Under the pieces are notes generated by a model, which made no database searches, was not told the origin of the DNA, and saw only the letters and a list, made by a program, of their open reading frames with translations. A stretch of 63,854 nucleotides of DNA, counting the filler, from an uncultured Methanosarcinales archaeon (lineage in GTDB: Archaea; Nanobdellota; Nanobdellia; Woesearchaeales; CAZKBD01): assembly GCA_964550945.1 (NCBI GenBank). It is 9 parts of 9 records of this genome, joined end to end, with 100 filler letters (N's around TTAATTAATTAA, not from the genome) between each part and the next. Parts side by side here need not be neighbours in the genome. Positions count along the whole stretch, not along the records: positions 14,746 to 21,890 come from CAZKBD010000086.1; positions 21,991 to 28,994 come from CAZKBD010000088.1; positions 29,095 to 36,078 come from CAZKBD010000089.1; 6 more parts are not named here. One strand, given 5' to 3'. A program made the translations under genes and the position numbers. Below are positions 18,365 through 32,646 of this stretch, piece after piece. The number at the start of each line of letters is the position of its first letter. The stretch's first letter is position 1.

Positions 18365-20401
18365 TTATATATTTTTTGATTCAGAAAGCTTCAATAATTT
18401 CTCCCACTCTTCATTGATATTCTGCTGAATTTTATCAACAATGTGCTGGTTTTCCGGCTTCAGCAGATGTTTGAATCTTGCCTGCATTTTTAAGAACTCT
18501 ATAACTGGTATTTCCTTTGAAGGCTTATAGCTCAGTTTATACTTCCCATTCTCAACTTCATACAGCGGCCAGAATCTTGTTTCAACTGCTAATTTTGCAA
18601 GTTCCATTGTTTTATCTGAAGGATACCCCCAGCCAAGCGTGCAAGGCTGTAATACAACTAAAACTTTAGGCCCTTTTATAGTGAATGCTTTTTGGGCCTT
18701 ATTCGTCAAGTCAATCATATTATGGACAGATGCTTGCGCAACATAGGGGATATTATGGGCTACGCAAATCTTTGCAAAATCTTTCCTAAATTCATCTTTT
18801 CCTTGAAGCAATTTTCCAGCAGGCGCAGTTGTTGTTGTTGCTCCCCTGGGTGTTGCCGAGCTTCTTTGTATTCCTGTATTGTGCACTACAATGCCATCAG
18901 CTATAAAGTTATGTTCACCCTCAACCCTTAAGTCTAAAGTTGGCTCTTCCTTAACAAACTTGATAGAGGTTATTTTTTCAGAGCTAAAGTGATTGTTATC
19001 TGCAAGAAAGTCTCTTTGTTTTGTTTGAGAATGGTATTTTTGCATGTTTGGTTGTTTTTTCTTGCTAAAGCAGATGTATCCATAGCTAGAATCTTCTAAA
19101 AGCCGCCTATAAACTACAAAAGTGCCTTTTATCTTTTTTTGCTGATGGATCTTTCCAACCCTATAGTTCATTGTTTGCAATAATAATCTTAGAGTTTTTA
19201 GCAAATCAAAACTGGCAGAAACATATCTATGGCTCTCTCCTATTTTGTACCCATCAGATAACATCAATCCCTTAAGGAATGATTCTTTTTCTTCTGGTGA
19301 TAAGGTGAATATCCAACTTGGCACTATTTTATTCCTAGCTCCTTTGCCAAAATCTAAGGAATCGATAAATTTAGCTAGATTTACTGAATATGTGTAGATA
19401 TAATTTTTATCTTTTCCGGCGAGTTCTTTCTTGAATATTTTCTTATAAACTTCCTTCAGTCTTTTTCTTGCTTTGGTGTTTTCTGGGATAGCGAAACCAG
19501 TCTCTGCTTTATGAAGCCTTATCCAGCCATCGCCTAGATAAAGGCCTAGAAATTCCATTAGTTCTGGAGAACTTGTTTCTGGAAGTTTAATATTATTAAT
19601 CTTATTTACTTTGTAATCTCCTTTTTTGGATAATTTTATAACAGGAAATTTATAACTTTTTCCCTCTGGCAGATTCTTTAACGTGATTACCTCTTCTTTT
19701 GTGCTAAGTTCTGCTAGAGTTTTCCATATTAGGTTATTGATTTTTCCTCTTCCATTCCTTTTAACAACTAGGAAAGGATGGTTAGAGGTTGCTTTTATTG
19801 TATGATGCAATGTGCTTAATTCATAAACTTTTTTAATGCCATTATCAAAGACGCCAGCGCATCTTTTTAGGGCTATGTTGCCATTTTTCTGGTCAAAAGC
19901 ATAGATTTTATCTCCTTCATTTATTTCAGTAATCCTTTTCAGGCCTTCTTCTGTCATGATCCAAGAATCCAAACTCAAGCAATTCATATAAGCTTCATTA
20001 TCGTAACAAACATAAAGGAAATCGTGGCCTCGTTCTAAAGCGCCAGACAATGACTGCAGCCCGATATCATAGGTTCCTCCATCTCCGCCAAATGCCACAA
20101 ATTTAATCTCATCTGTTATTTTCCCTCTTTTCTTTAATGCCCTATATGCTGTCTCTACTCCAGTTATTGTTGCTGCTGCATTTTCAAAAGCAGAATGAAT
20201 AAATGGGATGTTCCATGAGGTAAATGGATAAATTGTTGTGGTTACTTCCAGGCAGCCTGTTGCGCAACTCGCAACTAAAGGGGTGTCAGTTGAAGCAAGC
20301 ACAGCCCTGACTATCTGAGGAAATCCGCAGCCAGAGCAGCTCCTATGGCCGGATACCAGCTTTTTTGTTTGCAGCTTTTCTGCCAATTGTTTATAATTCA
20401 T
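18365..20401 (-). CDS. porB: Pyruvate:ferredoxin oxidoreductase beta subunit, intein-containing
   Basis: [26 protein letters not shown] and YDNEAYMN|intein|TGIQRS motifs. Confidence 0.93.
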   Translation of the reverse strand: MNYKQLAEKLQTKKLVSGHRSCSGCGFPQIVRAVLASTDTPLVASCATGCLEVTTTIYPFTSWNIPFIHSAFENAAATITGVETAYRALKKRGKITDEIKFVAFGGDGGTYDIGLQSLSGALERGHDFLYVCYDNEAYMNCLSLDSWIMTEEGLKRITEINEGDKIYAFDQKNGNIALKRCAGVFDNGIKKVYELSTLHHTIKATSNHPFLVVKRNGRGKINNLIWKTLAELSTKEEVITLKNLPEGKSYKFPVIKLSKKGDYKVNKINNIKLPETSSPELMEFLGLYLGDGWIRLHKAETGFAIPENTKARKRLKEVYKKIFKKELAGKDKNYIYTYSVNLAKFIDSLDFGKGARNKIVPSWIFTLSPEEKESFLKGLMLSDGYKIGESHRYVSASFDLLKTLRLLLQTMNYRVGKIHQQKKIKGTFVVYRRLLEDSSYGYICFSKKKQPNMQKYHSQTKQRDFLADNNHFSSEKITSIKFVKEEPTLDLRVEGEHNFIADGIVVHNTGIQRSSATPRGATTTTAPAGKLLQGKDEFRKDFAKICVAHNIPYVAQASVHNMIDLTNKAQKAFTIKGPKVLVVLQPCTLGWGYPSDKTMELAKLAVETRFWPLYEVENGKYKLSYKPSKEIPVIEFLKMQARFKHLLKPENQHIVDKIQQNINEEWEKLLKLSESKNI
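18878..19981 (-). mobile_element. 368-aa intein with LAGLIDADG homing endonuclease in porB
   Basis: Starts CLSLDS; block [17 protein letters not shown] and [10 protein letters not shown]; ends [12 protein letters not shown]; +1 residue is Thr. Confidence 0.93.
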
Positions 20402-21555
20402 TCTCTCAACCCAATAAACCCTTGCTCTTTTAGTTTATCATCCAATAGATTGCTTAGCGTTGATTCAATATCTTCAACATAGATGTTTCTTCCGCCCAAA
20501 CCAAAAATGCATGAATGGAGCTTTCCATTGTACTTAACATCATATAAGGCATTTTTTATTTCACCAAACAATGGGGGGATTGCTCCAAATGAAGCTGACC
20601 TGTCTAATACAACAATCTTCTTAACGTGTTTCAATGCTTCACCAACTTCTTTGTATGGAAATGGCCTGAACAGCCTTAATTTTAACAGACCAACTTTTTT
20701 ACCTTGTTTTCTCAGATTATCTATGGCATTTTTTGATGTGCCTGCTGTTGAATTCATAACAACTATTGCGGCTTCTGCGTCATCTAGTTTATACTCATCA
20801 AAAAGAGGGTATTGGTTCTTTGTTATTTTTGTAAGCTCTTTTCCTATTTTGAGATATTCCTTTTTTGCTTCGTCCATTGCAGGAATCTGTTGGCTTTTTG
20901 TCTCAAAATAATAATCCGGCAATTGCAGGGGGCCATGAGTTACTGGCTTTTTAAGGTTGAGCAATGAAAAAGGATATTTACTTTCTCCAACAAACCCCTT
21001 GATAGCCTTATCATCATAAATGTTGATGTTTACAACACCGTGAGAGGTTATAAACCCATCCTGGCAGACCATCGCGGGAATTGACATTTTTTCAGCTAAC
21101 TTCACAGCTAATATGGTATTTTCATAGACTTCCTGGGCATTCTCAGAAAAGATCTGTATCCATCCAAGATCTCTAGCACCCATTGAATCAGAATGGTCGC
21201 AATGAATATTTATAGGAGCAGATAACGCCCTATTAACAACTTCCATCACAATAGGTAATCTTAATCCTGAAGCAACTCCTATCATCTCCCACATTAATGC
21301 CAAGCCGGCAGAGCATGTCGCAGTCATTACTCTGGCTCCGGCTGCAGCTGCGCCAATACAGCATGACATTGCTGAATGTTCGCTTTCCACCCTGATCATT
21401 TCTGTATCAACAATGCCGTTAGATACAAAACTAGCATATGTTTGCACAATCTCTGTCTGGGGAGTGATTGGATATGCAGCTACAACATCTGGATTTATCT
21501 GCCTCATTGCTTCTGCAGCTGCTTGCGCTCCTTCCAAAGCCCTTACTTGCGTCAT
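20398..21555 (-). CDS. porA: Pyruvate:ferredoxin oxidoreductase alpha subunit
   Basis: [31 protein letters not shown] and RPFP motifs. Confidence 0.95.
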   Translation of the reverse strand: MTQVRALEGAQAAAEAMRQINPDVVAAYPITPQTEIVQTYASFVSNGIVDTEMIRVESEHSAMSCCIGAAAAGARVMTATCSAGLALMWEMIGVASGLRLPIVMEVVNRALSAPINIHCDHSDSMGARDLGWIQIFSENAQEVYENTILAVKLAEKMSIPAMVCQDGFITSHGVVNINIYDDKAIKGFVGESKYPFSLLNLKKPVTHGPLQLPDYYFETKSQQIPAMDEAKKEYLKIGKELTKITKNQYPLFDEYKLDDAEAAIVVMNSTAGTSKNAIDNLRKQGKKVGLLKLRLFRPFPYKEVGEALKHVKKIVVLDRSASFGAIPPLFGEIKNALYDVKYNGKLHSCIFGLGGRNIYVEDIESTLSNLLDDKLKEQGFIGLRE

Positions 21556-21839
21556 TTGAACTTGGATTCCTCTTCCATTTTAATGCATTTCACTGGGCAG
21601 ACGTTTGCACAAATGCCGCAGCCTTTGCAATAATCAAAATAAATTTCTTTCCTTTTGCCTTCCTTAGAGTTTATGCAGTCTTCAGGGCATGAGATGACGC
21701 ACAACATGCAGTGTATACATTTAGGTTCATCAATAATCGGCCTAAAGCTTCGCCAGTCTCCGGTTTTAAAATTGCTGCTGCTGCCAGCTTCGTCTATTAA
21801 GCCGCCAATTGGGATCTCTTGTGCTCCTTTTAATCTCAT
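21552..21839 (-). CDS. porD: Pyruvate:ferredoxin oxidoreductase delta subunit (2x[4Fe-4S])
   Basis: TGDWR, CIHCMLCVISCP and YCKGCGICANVCP motifs. Confidence 0.93.
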   Translation of the reverse strand: MRLKGAQEIPIGGLIDEAGSSSNFKTGDWRSFRPIIDEPKCIHCMLCVISCPEDCINSKEGKRKEIYFDYCKGCGICANVCPVKCIKMEEESKFK

Positions 21840-21890
21840 TTTACAGCCTCATAGGCTAATTCAACGCCCTTTATCGTTGTGTTCGTCTTC
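21836..21890 (-). CDS. porG: Probable 3' end of PFOR gamma subunit
   Basis: ...IKGVELAYEAVK* with its stop overlapping the porD ATG; expected operon position. Confidence 0.55.
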
Positions 21891-21990
21891 NNNNNNNNNN
21901 NNNNNNNNNNNNNNNNNNNNNNNNNNNNNNNNNNTTAATTAATTAANNNNNNNNNNNNNNNNNNNNNNNNNNNNNNNNNNNNNNNNNNNN

Positions 21991-22736
<746 letters not shown>

Positions 22737-22789
22737 ATTATATTTATAAACTACTTCTATTGGTGCTCATTATTCATAATCATAAAAAT

Positions 22790-22904
22790 GGGCTCGTAGC
22801 TCAGCTCGGTAGAGCACTTCCCTTGCAAGGAAGGGGTCGTGGGTTCGAAAATAACATTGGGTTATGCAAAATAATCCTTGTATCGAAGAGTCCCACCGAG
22901 TCCA
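22790..22904 (+). tRNA. tRNA-Ala(TGC) in the rRNA spacer, with a T-loop intron (about 22850-22890)
   Basis: Acceptor GGGCTCG/CGAGTCC, anticodon arm CTTCC-CTTGCAA-GGAAG, T stem GTGGG/CCCAC interrupted by about 41 nt. Confidence 0.92.
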
Positions 22905-23044
22905 TTCATAAATTATTCACAAATCAAAAATTACATTAACCATTTCAATGGTTATAACTGAAATGAGGCGCACTAACAACAGTTGTGTGCTGATCGGATA
23001 AACTTTATGTTTAACCGGTGCATAGGTTTTAGTAAATCAATCCT

Positions 23045-26092
<3,048 letters not shown>

Positions 26093-26331
26093 CAATGGAT
26101 AGAATATACTAGAACCTATGTACCGATTAATTTTTTTATTTTAATTTAGAAAATTTGTATGTATCAAATATAAATGACTATTACTCAGAGCACTCTTGAT
26201 GTTCTTTGAAGATTATAAATTATTCTTATGACAAAATGTTAAATTCCGCTCTTCTACAAAATTATTCATTATTAATAACATTAAGAAAAATTTAAGTAGA
26301 AGTTATAATTAATTATGAAAAGAGGTGAAAT

Positions 26332-26475
26332 ATGAATAATACTATTTTTGGCATTGGAGCAATATTAACGGCTATATTAATTGCTGCAACAGAATGTCTA
26401 AAATGGCCACGTTGGCTTAATTACTTGTGGGCAAGCCTATCATTAATATGGGGAATTTTAGCATTGCTACTATGA
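26332..26475 (+). CDS. 47-aa two-helix membrane microprotein
   Basis: Not in the ORF track. GAGGTGA SD; MNNTIFGIGAILTAILIAATECLKWPRWLNYLWASLSLIWGILALLL; ATGA overlap with the next gene. Confidence 0.7.
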   Translation: MNNTIFGIGAILTAILIAATECLKWPRWLNYLWASLSLIWGILALLL

Positions 26476-27659
26476 AAAATATTAAAATAATAATTACTAT
26501 TGCAATAATTATTGTTACTCTTATTATTATTGGTTTTATTGCAAAACAAGTCTTTCAGTCAGTTGTAAAAGATATCACGCAAGGTGAAATAAAAAGAATT
26601 ACTGGCGAGAAAACAGCAGAAATTACACAACAGGAAATAGATCGAATTACCAAAGGGGTAATTCAGCAAGGAACTAGTGGTTTGAAATCAGAAGTTAAAA
26701 AATGTGATTTAACACCTACAGTAAGAAAATATAAAGTAGAATCTTACTATACAGGCCAATGGATAGATTCTCATGTCCATATGCCTGTTTCGTCAAAAAT
26801 TGTAAGCTCTGTAGCTGTACAGTCAGGATTTTTAGACATGCCAGCTTTTGATGAAGAGCTAAGCATAGATTACATAGTTTGTTTATTTAATAGTGAAGGA
26901 ATTTCTAAAACAATAGGATTTTTTCTAGCGCCAAGCCCTGTTTTCAGTTCTTCTATCAATACTGTAAAAAACATAGAAAAACAATATCCAGGAAAAATTG
27001 CTGCCTTTTACATGCCCACGCCATTGGCAAGCATTAACCCAAAACCTGATGAGGTAGAAAAGATTCTTCAGGAAAATCTCGGATTATTTAAAGGTCTTGG
27101 AGAAATTAAATTTGCATATTATGAAATACCAAATGATAAACCAGAGGATCCACAATATCTAGAACTGTATAGTATTGCTAATAGAAATAAACTTGTGATT
27201 ATGATGCATCCTGCAGTGGATCATAAGGATGAAGTAGAAAGACTATTGCAAAAATATCCTGATGCAATATTTTTCTTGCATGGTGAGAGTGAAGAATGGG
27301 TATTTGACTTAATGGATAATTACAGTAATTTATACTATCAAATAGGACATGAACTATACACTTTTGGAATTAATCCAGAACATAATCAGAGAGCACTGAC
27401 TAAAGCAGAATGGGAAGAATATGCTAAACCAAAGTTTAATGATATTTTGGAATCAGAATTTAAAAAATGGAAACCTCTTATTGATAAATATCCAGATAGA
27501 TTGACTTTAGGAACTGATCGATGGTATAGTTGGCATTTTGATCAGGATGTGGGGGCATTTATGGAAGAATTTGAACGATCATTTCTTGGAAAATTTGATC
27601 AGTCTGTACAGGAAAAACTAGCATACAAAAATGCAGAAAAGTTAATTACTAATAAATGA
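26472..27659 (+). CDS. Membrane-anchored amidohydrolase-superfamily protein
   Basis: Start reassigned to the ATG at 26472. N-terminal TM helix; IDSHVH, GLGEI, MMHP, LHG and LGTD motifs. Confidence 0.82.
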   Translation: MKNIKIIITIAIIIVTLIIIGFIAKQVFQSVVKDITQGEIKRITGEKTAEITQQEIDRITKGVIQQGTSGLKSEVKKCDLTPTVRKYKVESYYTGQWIDSHVHMPVSSKIVSSVAVQSGFLDMPAFDEELSIDYIVCLFNSEGISKTIGFFLAPSPVFSSSINTVKNIEKQYPGKIAAFYMPTPLASINPKPDEVEKILQENLGLFKGLGEIKFAYYEIPNDKPEDPQYLELYSIANRNKLVIMMHPAVDHKDEVERLLQKYPDAIFFLHGESEEWVFDLMDNYSNLYYQIGHELYTFGINPEHNQRALTKAEWEEYAKPKFNDILESEFKKWKPLIDKYPDRLTLGTDRWYSWHFDQDVGAFMEEFERSFLGKFDQSVQEKLAYKNAEKLITNK

Positions 27660-27680
27660 AAGAATAAATTATTTTTTATA

Positions 27681-28639
27681 TTATTTACTCATTGGGAAAT
27701 TATCTATTAATATATCTTCAAATACAGGTATTATTTCATAATTTCCAATTATTGGATAATTGTTTCTTATTTCTATAATTAATTTTTGCAGTTCTTTTTC
27801 GTTTCTAGATCTTACATGAAACATTAAGCTCCATGATCCAAATAATTTTATTGATTGTGTAATTAGTTCATGGTTTTTCGCATAACTGATTAATTTTCTC
27901 TCTACTTCTCTTCCATAACTATTAAATGAAATTAAAATCAGATATGCCTTGTAATTAATTTCTTCTGATTTTATAAAGATTCTATAGCCTGCTATTAATT
28001 GCTGATTTTCTAAAGATTTTATTCTATTTTGTACTGTTTTATAATTCACTTTACATTTTTTAGAAATTTCTAAACTAGATAATCTGCAATTTGATTTTAT
28101 TTGATCTAAGATTTTTAAGTCTATATCATCTAGTTCTATTAATTTCCCTGAATTTGTAAAGTTTAATTTTACAGGTTCTAAAATTTTACCTTCATGCAGA
28201 TATTTATGTTTGTAGAATTCATTGTACAAAGTATATATTGCTTCATAATCTTTTAATGACTTCGGGAATCTATTAAATAAATCATCTAAAAAATTTTCAA
28301 ATTCTTCATAGTTTTTAATAAACACTACAGCAAATAAATCCCATTTGCCCCCAACAATAGCTGCCCAATAAACATTTTCATGTTCTTTTAGGTAATTTAT
28401 TATTTTGTGTTTTTCTTCTTCATTTATGTTATCTAATTGAAATAAAACTCTATATTGTTCATAGCCTATTTTTGATAGGTTTAGAATTGTTCCAAATTGG
28501 GTAATGATTTTATTTTCCACAAGTTTGTTTATTCTGTAATTTGTTACCTGTTGGCNNNNNNNNNNNNNNNNNNNNTTGTTATCCTTGGATTTATATCTAA
28601 TTCTTGTAGTATTTTCTTGTCTTTGATATCTAGTTTCAT
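27681..28639 (-). CDS. Tandem Lrp/AsnC-family transcriptional regulator (spans an internal N gap)
   Basis: True start MKLDIKDKKILQEL at 28639. Second HTH LDDIDLKILDQIKSNCR. Two RAM-like domains. Confidence 0.85.
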
Positions 28640-28733
28640 TTTATTATTTATAGTATAATTATTATATAAATATTACTAATTTACAAATATTTTATTAGAT
28701 AATTTTAATTATAATTAATTCAGTACTATATTT

Positions 28734-28976
28734 ATGAAAATAGAAATAACTAAAATGGAAAGTGGAGGAATTTATTACAGGTTTACTTCAGAAAACACAA
28801 AAGAACAAACAGCTCTGGCAATATTAAGGGATGCAAATGCATATTCTCAATATGTTGCTAAAGTTCCAGTTTCAAAAGAGTTAGAAGATGAATTACTAGA
28901 ACAAGTAAGATTATTCCAGTCTACGAGAAAACTGTCAAACTTTAGCTTGACGAACAGGCCTTTAGGCCTGAGATGA
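28734..28976 (+). CDS. Small hypothetical protein
   Basis: 80 aa ORF; its 3' end runs into palindromic sequence. Confidence 0.5.
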   Translation: MKIEITKMESGGIYYRFTSENTKEQTALAILRDANAYSQYVAKVPVSKELEDELLEQVRLFQSTRKLSNFSLTNRPLGLR

Positions 28977-28994
28977 ACGCAGTGTAGAAGTAAT
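28927..28994. repeat. Double hairpin with TTTA loops at the contig end; possible IS200/IS605-type end
   Basis: GTCAAAC-TTTA-GCTTGAC and CAGGCC-TTTA-GGCCTG, framed by GAAAAC and GATGAA. Confidence 0.4.
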
Positions 28995-29094
28995 NNNNNN
29001 NNNNNNNNNNNNNNNNNNNNNNNNNNNNNNNNNNNNNNTTAATTAATTAANNNNNNNNNNNNNNNNNNNNNNNNNNNNNNNNNNNNNNNNNNNN

Positions 29095-29148
29095 AGCAGG
29101 GAATTTTGGCTGATTATTAAATGTGTAAACTAATTATCAAATTGAACA
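29095..29148 (-). mobile_element. IS end B
   Basis: Reverse complement of 43098-43148; terminates ...TTGAACA. Confidence 0.8.
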
Positions 29149-29233
29149 CAGCAGAACTCTTTCCAAAATGTTTATAAAGTGCTTATAATTAGCCAATTCA
29201 GATTAATATCCACACTAAATTTGGAGGGAAAAG

Positions 29234-31861
29234 ATGAGTGAAAAAAAATATGCTTATAGCTTTGAAGAAGGAAAAAAGGAGATGAAAGAGCTGTTAGGTG
29301 GAAAAGGGTCCCTATTGGCAGAAATGACCAACATAGGCATTCCAGTTCCTCCAGGTTTTACAATCACAACTGAAGCTTGTGCTGAATTCTACAATCAAGG
29401 CAAAAAGTGGCCAGTTGGCCTCAAGGAAGAGGTGGATAAAAAGTTAAAATGGCTTGAAGAAAAGATGAAATCCAAGCTAGGCGATCCAGAAAATCCATTG
29501 CTTGTTTCTGTCAGGTCTGGGGCTGCAGCATCAATGCCAGGTATGATGGATACTGTACTTAACTTAGGCATGAATGATAATGTCGTTATAGGTTTAGCTA
29601 AAAAGACAAAGAACGAGAGATTTGCGTATGATGCTTATAGGCGCTTTATCAACATGTTTGGGGATGTTGTCATGGGTATTGAGCATAAGTATTTTGAGGA
29701 AGTGCTTGACAAGATTAAGGAGACAAAAGGGGCAGAGTTTGACACTGCCTTGGATGCAGAAGATCTCAGAAAAGTTGTGCAATCATATAAGGATGTGGTT
29801 AAAAAGCATACAGGAAAAACGTTCCCAGATGACCCAAAAGAGCAGCTTAGAATGTCCATAGATGCTGTCTTCAATTCTTGGAATAATAAAAGAGCAATTG
29901 CTTACAGAAGACTATACCATATAAATGGGTTGTTAGGCACAGGTGTTAATGTTCAAACAATGGTATTTGGAAATATGGGAGAAACAAGCGGCACAGGCGT
30001 ATGCTTTACAAGAGATCCAGCGACAGGAGAAAACAAATTCTACGGCGAATTTTTAATGAACGCCCAAGGTGAAGATGTTGTTGCAGGAATTAGGACACCG
30101 AGGCCAATAGCAGAACTTAAAAAAGTAATGCCAGAGAACTATGAAAAATTAATAATGATAAGGGAAAAGCTTGAGAATCATTTTAGGGATATGCAGGATA
30201 TTGAGTTTACAATACAGGAATGCAAGCTGTATATTTTACAAACGAGGAATGGAAAAAGAACTGCACATGCTGCAGTAAGAATAGCAGTTGAAGCTGTTAA
30301 GGAAAAGCTCATTGACGAAAAGACCGCTGTTTTAAGGGTAGATCCAAATCAACTAGACCAATTACTGCACAAGCAGCTTGATCCTGTTGCAAAGAAAAAG
30401 GCAGAGGTGATTGCAAAAGGATTGCCAGCTTCACCAGGAGCTGCTGTGGGTATAATTGCGTTTACTGCTGATAGGGCTGTTGAGCTTGCTGAAGAAGGTG
30501 AGAAGGTAGTTTTAGTCAGAACAGAAACAAGCCCAGAAGATATACAAGGGATGAATGCTGCACAAGGGATATTAACAGCAAGAGGAGGGATGACTTCACA
30601 TGCAGCTGTTGTTGCTAGAGGAATGGGAAAATGCTGCATTGCAGGTTGCGCAGAACTGATTATTGATGAAGAAGCAAAAACCATGACAGTTGGTGATCTT
30701 GTTTTCAAGGAGAGAGACTGGATAACGTTAGATGGAACAGCAGGAGATGTAATAAAAGGCCAGCTTCCTGTTGTTGATCCCCAATTAAGCGGAGATTTTG
30801 GAGTATTGATGTCTTGGGCAGATAAATTCCGAAGATTAAAGGTAAAAACAAATGCTGACATCCCTCATGATGCAAAAGTTGCCAGGAGCTTTGGCGCAGA
30901 AGGAATTGGCTTATGCAGGACTGAGCACATGTTCTTTGAAGGAGACAGGATTAAAGCTGTTAGAGAGATGATTTTAGCTGATAGCTTAGAAGGAAGAAAA
31001 AAAGCGCTGGCAAAATTGCTGCCTATGCAAAGGTCGGACTTTACTGGATTATTTGAAGTGATGAAAGGGCTGCCTGTTACAATAAGGCTTCTGGATCCTC
31101 CTCTGCACGAGTTCTTGCCAAAAGAGGAAGAGGACATAAAAGAGCTCTCTCAGGAGATGAATGTAAAATCAGAAAGATTAAAGGAAAAGATTTCTGAATT
31201 GCATGAGTTTAATCCTATGTTAGGCCATAGGGGCTGCAGATTAGGAATCACATATCCTGAAATAACAGAGATGCAGTCAAGAGCTATATTTGAGGCAGTT
31301 GCTGACATAAAGAAAAAGGGCTTTGATGTTGTACCCCAAGTGATGATACCCTTAGTTGGCCATTTAAAGGAATTCACAATGCAGAAAGAGATAGTAAATA
31401 AAGTAGCAGAAGAAGTGATGAAAGAGAGGAAAGTTAAGATCAGCTATTTAGTTGGCACAATGATAGAAGTTCCTAGGGGAGCAATAACTGCTGATGAGAT
31501 TGCTGCAGAAGCTGAGTTCTTCAGCTTTGGTACAAATGACTTAACTCAGATGACATGCGGGTTTAGTAGGGATGATGCAGGTAAATTTTTAAAGCAGTAT
31601 GTTGACCTGGGCATCTACGAAAGAGATCCTTTCCAAGCTTTAGATCAGCAAGGTGTTGGCCAACTAATGGAAATTGCTGTTGCAAAAGGAAGAAAAACAA
31701 GAAAAGACCTGGAAGTGGGTATTTGCGGTGAGCATGGAGGAGAGCCAACAAGTGTTGAATACTGCCACAAGATTGGGCTGGATTATGTAAGCTGCAGCCC
31801 TTATAGGGTTCCAATTGCAAGATTAGCAGCCGCTCAGGCAGCTATCAAAGGAGCAAAATAA
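29234..31861 (+). CDS. ppdK: Pyruvate, phosphate dikinase
   Basis: LLGGKG, SVRSGA, SMPGMMDT, GGMTSHAAVVARG, GLCRTEHM, SFGTNDLTQ and GICGEHGG motifs. Confidence 0.98.
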   Translation: MSEKKYAYSFEEGKKEMKELLGGKGSLLAEMTNIGIPVPPGFTITTEACAEFYNQGKKWPVGLKEEVDKKLKWLEEKMKSKLGDPENPLLVSVRSGAAASMPGMMDTVLNLGMNDNVVIGLAKKTKNERFAYDAYRRFINMFGDVVMGIEHKYFEEVLDKIKETKGAEFDTALDAEDLRKVVQSYKDVVKKHTGKTFPDDPKEQLRMSIDAVFNSWNNKRAIAYRRLYHINGLLGTGVNVQTMVFGNMGETSGTGVCFTRDPATGENKFYGEFLMNAQGEDVVAGIRTPRPIAELKKVMPENYEKLIMIREKLENHFRDMQDIEFTIQECKLYILQTRNGKRTAHAAVRIAVEAVKEKLIDEKTAVLRVDPNQLDQLLHKQLDPVAKKKAEVIAKGLPASPGAAVGIIAFTADRAVELAEEGEKVVLVRTETSPEDIQGMNAAQGILTARGGMTSHAAVVARGMGKCCIAGCAELIIDEEAKTMTVGDLVFKERDWITLDGTAGDVIKGQLPVVDPQLSGDFGVLMSWADKFRRLKVKTNADIPHDAKVARSFGAEGIGLCRTEHMFFEGDRIKAVREMILADSLEGRKKALAKLLPMQRSDFTGLFEVMKGLPVTIRLLDPPLHEFLPKEEEDIKELSQEMNVKSERLKEKISELHEFNPMLGHRGCRLGITYPEITEMQSRAIFEAVADIKKKGFDVVPQVMIPLVGHLKEFTMQKEIVNKVAEEVMKERKVKISYLVGTMIEVPRGAITADEIAAEAEFFSFGTNDLTQMTCGFSRDDAGKFLKQYVDLGIYERDPFQALDQQGVGQLMEIAVAKGRKTRKDLEVGICGEHGGEPTSVEYCHKIGLDYVSCSPYRVPIARLAAAQAAIKGAK

Positions 31862-31884
31862 AATGGGTGTATCCTTAACAAGTT

Positions 31885-32637
31885 TTAGGTATTTATTTGA
31901 GCCGGGTTTACTACGTCAGCGCAATCCCCTGCTTGATGTGTAAAATGTTTTTTTCTTTTAATCTCCCCAAAAATGGTCCGGTATATTCCTGCAGCTACCA
32001 AATTATATGCTGTCCTTATTCTACCTTGTGATTCCAGTCTTCTAGTTGAAACAAGCAGACTAGGCCCTTTTAAGACAGCAAATTTACCAAATTCCTTGGA
32101 TTTCCTTGCGAATGCAGCATCTTCTGCATATTTTACTGATTCATCAAATCCGCCAATTTTTTCAAAAACGCTCTTGTTAACCAGGATGAAAGCTCCGAGA
32201 GCATGAGGATCAGTTTTTTGTGTTAACATCTGCCATGCATTCCACAAATGGTACATAACTTGATCAACAATCTTTCCTGAATCGGGTTCGAGGTTTACAG
32301 TTGCTGCTGCAAGGTGTTTACTTTTAAACAGAGAAAGGTAATGCTCCAAACAATCTTTGGTTGTTAGGGCAACATCTGCATCCAAAAAGAGAAAGTGATC
32401 TCCACCTGCAACCTTTGCACCGAGATTTCTGCCATAAGAAGGCCCAAGCCTTGGCCCAGATATTATCTTACATCCGTATTCTTTGGCAATCGCAACTGTC
32501 CTATCTTTGCTTTTTGCATCAGACACTATTAATTCAAAATCTTTATATTTTTGATTATTAATTGAGCTTAATAGGCGAGGTAGATGCTCTTCCTCATTAT
32601 AAGTGATTATTATTATTGATAGCATTGATAACACCAT
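31885..32637 (-). CDS. Family 2 glycosyltransferase
   Basis: SIIIITYNEE, SDAKSKD, RNLGA, FLDAD, GGFDE and ED motifs. Confidence 0.92.
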   Translation of the reverse strand: MVLSMLSIIIITYNEEEHLPRLLSSINNQKYKDFELIVSDAKSKDRTVAIAKEYGCKIISGPRLGPSYGRNLGAKVAGGDHFLFLDADVALTTKDCLEHYLSLFKSKHLAAATVNLEPDSGKIVDQVMYHLWNAWQMLTQKTDPHALGAFILVNKSVFEKIGGFDESVKYAEDAAFARKSKEFGKFAVLKGPSLLVSTRRLESQGRIRTAYNLVAAGIYRTIFGEIKRKKHFTHQAGDCADVVNPAQINT

Positions 32638-32646
32638 GATTAACGG

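Noticed and set aside
27681..28639. Apparent frameshift in the Lrp/AsnC regulator
   Set aside because: The frame offset coincides with the internal N gap (28556-28575), whose length is an estimate.
28972..28994. Partial complementarity of the contig end (GATGAACGC..TAGAAGTA) to the sequence after 16S (TACTTCTA..GTGCTCATT), which could imply a circular or tandem rRNA unit
   Set aside because: The pairing is imperfect, with no clean BHB and no obvious promoter. The hairpins there are better explained as a mobile-element end. Assembly-graph evidence would be needed.
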